From an uncultured virus (IMG/VR IMGVR_UViG_3300020175_000006) (Duplodnaviria; Heunggongvirae; Uroviricota; Caudoviricetes): a stretch of DNA of 20,000 bases. This document shows, in pieces, positions 1 through 8,191 of this stretch. Where the stretch lies: IMG/VR virus record IMGVR_UViG_3300020175_000006. One strand, written 5' to 3'. Position 1 is the stretch's first letter. Each line of letters opens with the position of its first letter. Under the pieces are notes generated by a model. It was given only the letters and a program-made list of their open reading frames with translations, ran no database searches and was not told where the DNA came from. A program made the position numbers and the translations under genes.

Positions 1-620
1 TTACCTTCCTCCGGATTAGAGGCCGACCCCTCACCATAAGTAACAGGATAATATTTATTCATATCTAAATATTCTTTTATTAAAAGTTGGTCGTCTTTCA
101 TAAGTTCTCCTGATAAATCCCGATATTTTTTTAAGTTTTCTACTAACTTACTTGAGTCTATTCCATTGTGGTTTGTAACAATAAGGTTATAAATAGAGTC
201 TCTTAACACTGACGGAGTGTGACCTCTAGCAGTAATAATTGCAAATATAGAACCTCCGTTAATACATTCCACAAAATCATTCCATGAAGGACCTGGAGAA
301 GCTAATAAAGAGTCCACTATAAATTTCTTATCACCATCTACTCCAAAATTACGATAGGGATTTTCGGAATAACCTACAACAGTCTCATTATTATATTCAA
401 AAGGCTCCACACCAATCTTTTGTCGATATTCGGCAAAATCTTCAGTAGACATACCTATCTCATTACCTTCATCAGTTTTTAAAATTATTCGAGTCGGCAT
501 AACGACAATATTATCATCCCAGTCAAAAGCATAATACTTTAAGTCAGGTTGACCGTCTTCGATACCTTCACTTATAAATAATTTATTAAGACTTTGATGT
601 ATAATACTTCTTAGACTCAT
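1..620 (-). CDS. HAD-superfamily hydrolase/phosphatase (3' end runs off the window)
   Basis: Not in ORF track. Manual translation from ATG at 620: MSLRSIIHQSLNKLFISEGIEDGQPDLKYYAFDWDDNIVVMPT...IFAIITARGHTP..., open to base 1. YAFDWDD = HAD motif I (DxD); IITARGH = motif II Thr. Confidence 0.75.
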   Translation of the reverse strand, partial: MSLRSIIHQSLNKLFISEGIEDGQPDLKYYAFDWDDNIVVMPTRIILKTDEGNEIGMSTEDFAEYRQKIGVEPFEYNNETVVGYSENPYRNFGVDGDKKFIVDSLLASPGPSWNDFVECINGGSIFAIITARGHTPSVLRDSIYNLIVTNHNGIDSSKLVENLKKYRDLSGELMKDDQLLIKEYLDMNKYYPVTYGEGSASNPEEG

Positions 621-625
621 GTATT

Positions 626-763
626 TTAATTATTTAGATTTTCAATTAATCTCTCTAATTGTGATTCCGTCAAAACAATATTTTGAGGTTTTTCAGAATA
701 GGTCTTAACTCCATTACCATTAATTTGTAATGACTCTCTTAGTAATTTTTTTTTAAATTCCAT
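626..763 (-). CDS. 45-aa hypothetical protein, possible small head-internal peptide
   Basis: Manual translation MEFKKKLLRESLQINGNGVKTYSEKPQNIVLTESQLERLIENLNN*; A-rich upstream; stop lies 5 nt before the HAD ATG, filling the gap in the operon. Confidence 0.65.
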   Translation of the reverse strand: MEFKKKLLRESLQINGNGVKTYSEKPQNIVLTESQLERLIENLNN

Positions 764-796
764 TTTTTTATTTTATTAAACGTTTAATTATATGGC

Positions 797-829
797 TAAA
801 AATGGGGGATACTTTTGTACCCCCCATTT
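797..829 (-). terminator. Rho-independent terminator-like hairpin after the tail sheath gene
   Basis: Minus strand reads AAATGGGGGGTAC-AAAA-GTATCCCCCATTTTT: GC-rich stem (one G-U), 4-nt loop, U-tract; begins 8 nt after the sheath stop. Confidence 0.75.
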
Positions 830-837
830 AATAAATA

Positions 838-3800
838 TCAGATATCCTCAAATGATGCACCTGTCGGAGTAATTAAGAATTCTATATCGATGAATTCTAA
901 CGCTCTTGTTGGTTTTAGATATATTTTACCTACTAAGGTGTTATTATCTAAATCTTCAGGAGTGTTCTGAACGACAACTCTAAAGTCAATCAAACCTCTA
1001 TCTCTTCTGATAGAATCTAAGATTGGGTTTACTGAGTCCAAGAATTCTTGTCTTACTTGGTCATCATTCTGTTCGAACAATAGTCTTACCGCTACTGCTG
1101 AAATCAACTTACGAGCTTGTAATAACAATCTTCTAACATTGATTCTGTCGAGTGCTGACTGTTTAACTTGAGTAGTTTTATTACCCCATATTACTGTACC
1201 AACATCTGAGAAAGTTGCGATTGGGTTGATTCTACCTTTATATAGAATGTCTCTATCATCTTGAGTTAACTTCTTACGAGCTTTAATACCATTTACTAAA
1301 CCTCTTGTATAACCCGCGGATGCGAACCATGGGAATGATATATTATCTGTTAACGCTAAGTTTCTAACAACTTCAGCGGTAGGTGGTAAGTAAATCTGTG
1401 TGTTATTAACAGTATCTCTTGTAAGAATCCATGGGTAATAAGTTGCAGTATAGTTAGAGTCAATTCCAGTATCTTCTAAGTTTTCGGTCGCTTCTTGTGG
1501 GTAAATAAAGTCAGTTGTAAAATTAGACGTAGTATTAACAAACATGTTATAGTCAGGTGTGGTACAGATATAAATTGAGTCCGCTCTATCCGTTTCAATC
1601 ATATCAATCGCCTCCTCTACTAAGTTTGAGTTATTAACATAATCTATACCTGAAGTAGTAAACACATTAATATTTACAGCTTCAGGGTTAACAAAAGTCC
1701 ACTGACCCCATAAGTAAGCATAATAGTCAGTATTACCCCAATCTTGTTTATCTGGACCAACAATTGTTTTAAACGCCCCCCATCCTGTTGCACTTGGGAA
1801 TCTAACTGATGGTGCCGCTCCACGTAGATATCCATTATTACCTAATATAAATGTATCTCCATTAGTACGAGACTCTCGATAGATATCCCATCCATCAAAT
1901 CCTCCAGTAGGAACTAATGTAAATTTACGAGAATTTAATCTGTAATATGGACTATCTTCGTTAGGTTCACTATCGAATGATGCGTCACCAACCTCAAACG
2001 CAGTTTCACCCGAAGTTACATACTGAGATGGGATTAGAACTACAGTCGCTCCTGAGTCCATATGATATCCTTTTGTTAATTCCGCCCACGGAGATGACTC
2101 AGTAGCGGTAGATAAGTTAGTCGGATTTTGTTTACCCTTATAAGAGGTAAAGTCGACATCAATACCGACAGTATTCGATACACCTAAGAAAACTCTTCTT
2201 GGGTTATCGCCCGCACTTCTTGTTAAGTTATCTCCATTAGAAGACCCAAAAGGAGGGTTAAATAACACCTCACCTGGAGTATCATACTTAGTCTTATAAA
2301 GTAGGTGTGGTGATTTATAACTACTGTACTGTCGAGTTTGGTAACCTTTAAAACCACAAGGTAATGAATCGGACGGAGCCTCTTCATTTACTTCTAACAT
2401 AATATATCTTGACTTTAACTCAAAATCTCCATTAGCTGTACCGATTTTTTTAGCCACATAACTATTAAGATTTATATCCATGGTACAGTTTGTGAATTTT
2501 TCTAATACGATTGGGTTAGAATCGGTATCATAAAAACTTCTAACAACAACGTCAAAGGTTAGGTTATTAAATGATATATTCATTATAGAGACTTTAATCT
2601 CTCTGTTCGCCGAGTTACCGTCTGAGATTGAAATAACTTTAAATAAGTCGGAAACTTCATTACCTCTTAATTCTGAAACTAAATATGGTGTAGAGGGGGT
2701 TTGATACCTATCTAAGTACCATCCGATACCTGTATTATCAACATCTTCTCTCGCACTTTGTAATCCTAATAAAGTAGTATTTAATCCTCTAATCTTACCT
2801 TCTTTGTATCCTGTATTTAATAAGTTATAATAAATTTCCTCGACAAATAATGGAATTTCATTACTTGGTTTAGAAAAATTACTTTGACCTAACACTTTAC
2901 TTATAAAGTTAGGGTCACTTAAAGAAAGTGATGTGTTGAACGTAAATATCTCTGAGTCGTTTGTTATACCTGAAATTTGGAAATTAGAGAATGGATTATT
3001 AGTTATTCCTGAATATACTCCTGTAGAGTTAATTGTTACATTGGTTAATCCTGAAACTTCGTAATCGGGATTATTAGAATTACTAGTTGTTGATATCCCT
3101 CTTGACCTTAGTGTACTAACAACCATATTATGGTAATCAGTGATTGGTGTTCCTGTATATGTGGTAGTATATACAACACCCACACCTGTATAATTGTTAC
3201 CTACAGTATTTGTTAATCCTGTGATAGACAATCCAAAACCGACACCACTGTATTCACCTGTACCACTATTATATGGGAATAAAGCGTAATACCATGAATC
3301 ATTTTCAGACGCTTCAAAATCTGCGGTATCAATGGTAAGACCATCCACACCCAATACGTTAGTTGTACCTGTCCATGTTCCCGAAGCTCCAGTTATTGCG
3401 TCATAAGTTTCGCCACTAACAGTACCAAACATAAATGATGTGGCTCCTGAACTGACGGGGTTAACAATACTTTGATAAACCGCAGATTCAAAGTTGCCCT
3501 GTAATGTTGATATATTACCTGAAAATGTTGTATAAGGTAATCCGAACACACTTTCTATAGATGAAGGTAAGTTACTAAAATCAGTAATTTCAGTTGAACT
3601 ACTATTACCTGATACACCACTAAAAGTTATTGTATAAGCAATTCCGTCAGAATCTTTAGGAGTAATTAATGATTTATTTACGTTACCCACCGTTGATATT
3701 GACCATGATGGTCCAGCATCGTATCCTGATAAACCTAAGACACGAGTCACAAAAAGTTGATTGGATTGTTGTAAGTAGGCTTTGGCAATATATGCCGCCT

Positions 3801-4023
3801 CATATTTTGGAATCTGTGTGTTTACAAATTTAGTTGGTTCTGTCCCCCCAAAAAATGAGGTAAACTCATCAAAGTTTGTAATGAAGATAGGTTCGAACGC
3901 CGGACCTGATAAGGTTTCACCGACGACACCTAAAGTCGTTACACCGACACTTTGAGCCACAAAACTTAAATCTCTTTCTGATGTATATACACCTGGAGAT
4001 ACGAATACTTTTTCTGCTGCCAT
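838..4023 (-). CDS. Contractile tail sheath protein (T4 gp18-like), 1061 aa
   Basis: N-terminal FVSPGVYTSERDLS and GP-x-x-EP motifs; C-terminal PWFASAGYTRG, LYKGRINPI, GTVIWGNKT, RINVRRLL, KPTRALEFI are typical sheath signatures. Confidence 0.95.
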   Translation of the reverse strand: MAAEKVFVSPGVYTSERDLSFVAQSVGVTTLGVVGETLSGPAFEPIFITNFDEFTSFFGGTEPTKFVNTQIPKYEAAYIAKAYLQQSNQLFVTRVLGLSGYDAGPSWSISTVGNVNKSLITPKDSDGIAYTITFSGVSGNSSSTEITDFSNLPSSIESVFGLPYTTFSGNISTLQGNFESAVYQSIVNPVSSGATSFMFGTVSGETYDAITGASGTWTGTTNVLGVDGLTIDTADFEASENDSWYYALFPYNSGTGEYSGVGFGLSITGLTNTVGNNYTGVGVVYTTTYTGTPITDYHNMVVSTLRSRGISTTSNSNNPDYEVSGLTNVTINSTGVYSGITNNPFSNFQISGITNDSEIFTFNTSLSLSDPNFISKVLGQSNFSKPSNEIPLFVEEIYYNLLNTGYKEGKIRGLNTTLLGLQSAREDVDNTGIGWYLDRYQTPSTPYLVSELRGNEVSDLFKVISISDGNSANREIKVSIMNISFNNLTFDVVVRSFYDTDSNPIVLEKFTNCTMDINLNSYVAKKIGTANGDFELKSRYIMLEVNEEAPSDSLPCGFKGYQTRQYSSYKSPHLLYKTKYDTPGEVLFNPPFGSSNGDNLTRSAGDNPRRVFLGVSNTVGIDVDFTSYKGKQNPTNLSTATESSPWAELTKGYHMDSGATVVLIPSQYVTSGETAFEVGDASFDSEPNEDSPYYRLNSRKFTLVPTGGFDGWDIYRESRTNGDTFILGNNGYLRGAAPSVRFPSATGWGAFKTIVGPDKQDWGNTDYYAYLWGQWTFVNPEAVNINVFTTSGIDYVNNSNLVEEAIDMIETDRADSIYICTTPDYNMFVNTTSNFTTDFIYPQEATENLEDTGIDSNYTATYYPWILTRDTVNNTQIYLPPTAEVVRNLALTDNISFPWFASAGYTRGLVNGIKARKKLTQDDRDILYKGRINPIATFSDVGTVIWGNKTTQVKQSALDRINVRRLLLQARKLISAVAVRLLFEQNDDQVRQEFLDSVNPILDSIRRDRGLIDFRVVVQNTPEDLDNNTLVGKIYLKPTRALEFIDIEFLITPTGASFEDI

Positions 4024-4049
4024 ATTAATTATTTTTCTTTTTATTTATT

Positions 4050-4065
4050 TTATTGATAAATATTA
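4050..4065 (-). promoter_or_regulatory. Putative late promoter (TATTTAT core, 4056-4062) upstream of tail sheath
   Basis: 16-mer TAATATTTATCAATAA (minus) is identical to the one at 6346-6361 upstream of the gp14-like gene. Confidence 0.6.
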
Positions 4066-4161
4066 TAGAAAAAACCAAACGACAAATGTTATGGCGTTAT
4101 ATTTATTTACAAGTATGAAAAATTTCTTACTTTTTTCTACCTTTTTAAAAACCTTTCTTAA

Positions 4162-4311
4162 ATGATAAAAATAAAGAATTTAAAAATATCTGAAGAATCA
4201 CATGATATGTTGAAAAAACACTGTCAAAAAAACGGATTAAAAATGTTTAAGTTTATTGAAAAACTTATTGAAGAAAACTGTAAAGAAGAAATCGACATCT
4301 ATGGTGAATAA
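4162..4311 (+). CDS. Ribbon-helix-helix (Arc/CopG-like) DNA-binding protein, 49 aa
   Basis: Not in ORF track. MIKIKNLKISEESHDMLKKHCQKNGLKMFKFIEKLIEENCKEEIDIYGE*: alternating beta strand (KNLKIS), helix A, Gly turn (NGLK), helix B (FIEKLI). Its stop abuts the stop of the convergent gene at 4312. Confidence 0.75.
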   Translation: MIKIKNLKISEESHDMLKKHCQKNGLKMFKFIEKLIEENCKEEIDIYGE

Positions 4312-5361
4312 TTAATTACTATAGGGTATGTGTGCTTTTGTCTTAATAGTGGAATCCTTACTGTCATCTATTTTAACGACATCGAACTTAATGATGTCAT
4401 TGGTGTTAACCTGTATATTACTTAAATCATCTCCCATATAATTGTCGTTAATATATACTGAAAACTCATCGACGTTATCTGTCGACAAAAAAGTTAGGTC
4501 TATGGTATATGGATATTTTTCAGATAAACTATTAATTCCCGACATAAATAAAATATCTATGTCGAAGTTCTGAGGATTAGGTGGGTTTTTTCTAGCCCTT
4601 CTTGATTGTGTCCCCGTCTCCACTTCATATAATGTTAATGCCCTACTAATTGCCGGAGAAACTTGGAACTCTTCCTCGTCAATTAAAAAACCCATCATTA
4701 AGAACTCATAGTTTTGAACGTAGTACTTCCTTTTTTCAATATCCAATACTGACTCATCAGATATACCATTTAAAATTATAGGAACGTAATGACCCTTAAC
4801 AAATGTATAAGCTTGTCTTGAAGAAAATTTCTGTAAAACTAATTTGTTAAACTCATTCAAGTGTCGCATTTTAGTACAAAATATTTTTATATTATACGTA
4901 ATATCTACAGGTACGGGTTGAGGGATTTTATAAATATCCATTCCTTTTCTTTGACCGTCCCACGTTGGAACCTTAGCGTAGTAAAATTGTTTTCTGTTTG
5001 GTATGGTGTACTGTAGTGAAGGGTTGGTACCGTACTTAACGTCTGGATTTCTTACAGTTGCAATAAATGGGGGTTTGATGTTTTTATCTAAGTTCTGAAA
5101 ATCCCAAGTCTCAGCAAACTGAGACCAGTTTTGAGTTGTAATAATAATATCAACAGGGTTAACTTTTTTACCCTCTGCAGTCATCTCTAAATCGTTCTTA
5201 ACAAAATCTAACATACCCCTATCTAAGTCAGCATGTAAAACACTCTTAGGTAAATATGTACCATCTTTTTGAATATATTCCAGTAGTTGCTCCCTCCTCT
5301 CTAATAAAATTTTATCAGGAGTTAAAGGTAGATGTTTTTTTATTTTTTTAGGAAATGACAT
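4312..5361 (-). CDS. Tail terminator / sheath stabilizer (T4 gp15-like), with C-terminal extension
   Basis: PQPVPVDITYNIKIF...LNEFNKLVLQKF resembles the gp15 PVPY-x-F-x-L core; located between sheath and neck genes. Confidence 0.6.
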   Translation of the reverse strand: MSFPKKIKKHLPLTPDKILLERREQLLEYIQKDGTYLPKSVLHADLDRGMLDFVKNDLEMTAEGKKVNPVDIIITTQNWSQFAETWDFQNLDKNIKPPFIATVRNPDVKYGTNPSLQYTIPNRKQFYYAKVPTWDGQRKGMDIYKIPQPVPVDITYNIKIFCTKMRHLNEFNKLVLQKFSSRQAYTFVKGHYVPIILNGISDESVLDIEKRKYYVQNYEFLMMGFLIDEEEFQVSPAISRALTLYEVETGTQSRRARKNPPNPQNFDIDILFMSGINSLSEKYPYTIDLTFLSTDNVDEFSVYINDNYMGDDLSNIQVNTNDIIKFDVVKIDDSKDSTIKTKAHIPYSN

Positions 5362-5834
5362 TAGATTACTATTTCATTTATATGGAAGATTTTATTTCGA
5401 GTATTAATCATATCAATCTCATTTGCGTTATAAATTGGTTCTTCGCTATCTTTTTTAACAAATGAATCGTATTTGTATGGGTTATATGTGATTACGTTAT
5501 CATTAGTTTCTGCAGGCATTTCTTCACAAGGGAACTGACAATAGTCAACTAAATCACCAATAACAAATGCGTGTACGTTCTTTCTCATTTCTTGTCTTAC
5601 TTTGTCTTTTCCCCCCTTTCTTACCCTAAACTCTACATTTCTTAATTTAACGTAGTCGGCATACAAAATTACCCTACCCCCATAAGTCACTGAAAATGTA
5701 TGTTTATGTAAGTTATAATATACCATAACCCTCAAACCAGTTAAATCCTCAGGAGTTAATTCTTCCTCCTGTTCAATAATTAAACCCATATGAGTCTTCA
5801 TTTTATTAATTTCTTTTAATAGATATCTATTCAT
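5361..5834 (-). CDS. Phage hypothetical protein (VYxNLH...RKNVHAFV-x-G type) with N-terminal leader
   Basis: ORF track, 157 aa; overlaps both neighbours (coupled); motifs VYYNLHK, RKNVHAFVIG, ITYNPYK resemble a phage family of unknown function. Confidence 0.7.
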   Translation of the reverse strand: MNRYLLKEINKMKTHMGLIIEQEEELTPEDLTGLRVMVYYNLHKHTFSVTYGGRVILYADYVKLRNVEFRVRKGGKDKVRQEMRKNVHAFVIGDLVDYCQFPCEEMPAETNDNVITYNPYKYDSFVKKDSEEPIYNANEIDMINTRNKIFHINEIVI

Positions 5835-6346
5835 AATCCTCTAAATTCATTTTCACTAACAGGTGATGCAGTAATTGACCTATAATAAGGTTTGTAACCA
5901 CCATAAGTATGTTTATTATCACTCGTGACTCTTCCGTCATTAGATACCGAGTAGTATCTAACACGAGATTCAGTCTCATAGTAACCTATATAATCACCAT
6001 AATTAATATCTATTTCTAACTCATCTAAAGTCGTTTGATATACGCCAACCTTTAAGTTACCCGGCTCCATTTGTGTCATGTTACTATTACCGTAATTTTG
6101 ATTTTCAGGTTGTTCTATTTGGACGTACCCCCTAAATTCAACGGGAGGATGGAACTTTACTCCGTCTTCTACGGTTTCACCGTAAACATCATCAGTTACT
6201 GTTTTTTGTTGGTCGATTCTATATAAAACTAACCTAAAATTCATATCACCCTCAAGCCATTCTCGACCCATTGCGATATCTAACTCAAAGTCTTCCGACC
6301 CGAAAAACTTTTCTAATCTTGTAATTGGAACCTTTCTATTACTCAT
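5831..6346 (-). CDS. Neck / head-closure protein (T4 gp14-like)
   Basis: LVLYRID...DDVYGE...F-x-PPVE and GDYIGY pattern typical of head-closure proteins; structural-gene context. Confidence 0.6.
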   Translation of the reverse strand: MSNRKVPITRLEKFFGSEDFELDIAMGREWLEGDMNFRLVLYRIDQQKTVTDDVYGETVEDGVKFHPPVEFRGYVQIEQPENQNYGNSNMTQMEPGNLKVGVYQTTLDELEIDINYGDYIGYYETESRVRYYSVSNDGRVTSDNKHTYGGYKPYYRSITASPVSENEFRGL

Positions 6347-6379
6347 TATTGATAAATATTAAGTTATTTGTTATATTTA
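6346..6379. promoter_or_regulatory. Overlapping divergent promoters: TATTTAT (minus, 6352-6358) for the neck operon and a Bacteroidota-like ATTG-N20-TATATTTA (plus, 6348-6379) for the helicase
   Basis: Both motifs read directly in the short divergent intergenic region; the plus-strand one has one mismatch in each box versus TTTG/TAnnTTTG. Confidence 0.5.
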
Positions 6380-8152
6380 AGTGTATTTAGTCGACTTTTG
6401 GAAAATAAAACATTAAATAGCTTGCCTGAAGTGAGGGCTCTTCGTATTTTAGAGAAATACGAGGGGTATAATAATTACATTATCCGGTTACAGGATAAGA
6501 TGAAAAAATTTAATCATTTTAAACTTACTCGTGCCCAAGCGGATTACATAATTAAATTTAAAGATACTGTACCCAAAATAGCTAGAAGGTGGGTGGAACT
6601 TGATAGTTACTTTGGTCAAAAACTAATGAATGACAAGTTACTACCAAAGAGACCTGAAAAAATTTATGTGGAAAAATTATTAGTGGAGAAAGAAAAGTCG
6701 TACCACATATGGGGTAAGTTATTTGAAAGTGAGGAACTTACAGACATATGGTTACCTAAAGTTGCGTTAACAAAAAACAAACAAAGGGAAGTAAAAATCG
6801 ACTATAGTAAGTACTCACATAGACCTCCGCTTTCACACCAAAAAGAATCTATAGAAAAACTTGTTGGTAATGACAAATATATATTGGCAGATGATATGGG
6901 TCTCGGAAAAACAACCTCAACAGTTATTGCGTCGATAGAGATGGGGATAGAAAAAGTATTAATTATATGCCCCGCATCTTTAAAAATTAACTGGGAGAGA
7001 GAAATACAAAATTATACGGAAAAATCTATTTCAATTATTGAGGGTAAAAAGTGGGAACCTTCCGAGTATACCATTATAAATTATGATATATTAAAAAACT
7101 TTCACGACCCAAAATACCCCGATAAATCAGAGATTTTAAATTATGGTTTTGATTTGATTGTAATGGACGAAGCTCACTACGTTCAAAATAAAAAAGCTCA
7201 AAGAACAAAAATTGTAAATGACATCGCTAACAAAATAGGTAAGGTATGGTTACTAACGGGAACTCCGATGACCTCAAGGCCGATGAATTATTATAATCTT
7301 TTAGACTTAGTAGACTCTCCAGTCGCAGAAAATTGGATGGCCTACGCTATAAGGTACTGTGCAGGTTATCAATTTAGTGTTGGTAGTAAAAGAGTTTGGA
7401 ATGTTTCGGGAGCGTCTAATCTAGAAGAGTTAAGAGACAGGACAAAACCACAAGTATTAAGAAGACTAAAGGAAGACATCTTGGACTTACCTGAAAAAAT
7501 AATAACTCCAGTTTATTTAAGAACCAAGTCTAAAGAATATAAAAAATTGATGGGTGAATACTATGATTGGTATAATTCATCTGAAGACTCGAATTCACTG
7601 ACAATACAATTTTCTAAGTTAATGAAAGTCCGACAAGTTATTGCTGAAGAAAAAATAAAAGACACAATAGAAATTGCTCAGAACATAATAGACCAAGGTA
7701 AAAAAGTAATAATATTTACAAATTTTACAGATACACTAAATAAAATAAACGAACATTTTGGTAAAGAGTCAGTTAAGTTAGATGGTAAAATGACCAAACC
7801 TAAAAGACAGGAATCTGTAGACGAGTTTCAAAACAATGATGACATCAAAGTTTTTGTAGGTAATCTAAAAGCTGCGGGAGTAGGAATAACCCTAACAGCT
7901 GCAGAGGCGGTTATAATGAATGACCTATCTTTTGTTCCTGCTGACCATTCACAAGCCGAAGATAGGGCGTATAGATATGGACAAAAGTTCTCAGTTTCAG
8001 TTTATTACCCGATATTAGAAAATACAATAGAAGGTATTATATATAATATACTAACTAAAAAGAAAAATATTTTTGAAACAGTTATGGGTGATAATGAAGG
8101 TAAAGGTGACGTAATGGAAGAAATATTAAATATGATTTCACAAGAAAGGTGA
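6368..8152 (+). CDS. SNF2-family (SMARCAL1/HARP-like) SF2 helicase/ATPase; true start possibly TTG at 6398
   Basis: ILADDMGLGKT (I), ICPASL (Ia), MDEAH (II), LLTGTP (III), AAGVGITLTAA (V), QAEDRAYRYGQ (VI). Confidence 0.93.
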   Translation: MLYLSVFSRLLENKTLNSLPEVRALRILEKYEGYNNYIIRLQDKMKKFNHFKLTRAQADYIIKFKDTVPKIARRWVELDSYFGQKLMNDKLLPKRPEKIYVEKLLVEKEKSYHIWGKLFESEELTDIWLPKVALTKNKQREVKIDYSKYSHRPPLSHQKESIEKLVGNDKYILADDMGLGKTTSTVIASIEMGIEKVLIICPASLKINWEREIQNYTEKSISIIEGKKWEPSEYTIINYDILKNFHDPKYPDKSEILNYGFDLIVMDEAHYVQNKKAQRTKIVNDIANKIGKVWLLTGTPMTSRPMNYYNLLDLVDSPVAENWMAYAIRYCAGYQFSVGSKRVWNVSGASNLEELRDRTKPQVLRRLKEDILDLPEKIITPVYLRTKSKEYKKLMGEYYDWYNSSEDSNSLTIQFSKLMKVRQVIAEEKIKDTIEIAQNIIDQGKKVIIFTNFTDTLNKINEHFGKESVKLDGKMTKPKRQESVDEFQNNDDIKVFVGNLKAAGVGITLTAAEAVIMNDLSFVPADHSQAEDRAYRYGQKFSVSVYYPILENTIEGIIYNILTKKKNIFETVMGDNEGKGDVMEEILNMISQER

Positions 8153-8173
8153 GTTTGTTTTTATATTTCGCAT

Positions 8174-8188
8174 TATTTATATATAAAA
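8174..8188 (+). promoter_or_regulatory. Putative late promoter upstream of the SOD fusion
   Basis: TATTTATATATAAAA, identical 15-mer to 9770-9784 upstream of the gp13-like neck gene. Confidence 0.6.
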
Positions 8189-8191
8189 ATA

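Noticed and set aside
4144..4161. -1 frameshift at T TTA AAA fusing the uORF to the RHH gene
   Set aside because: The -1 frame hits TAA at 4159-4161 just before the RHH ATG, so no fusion is possible.
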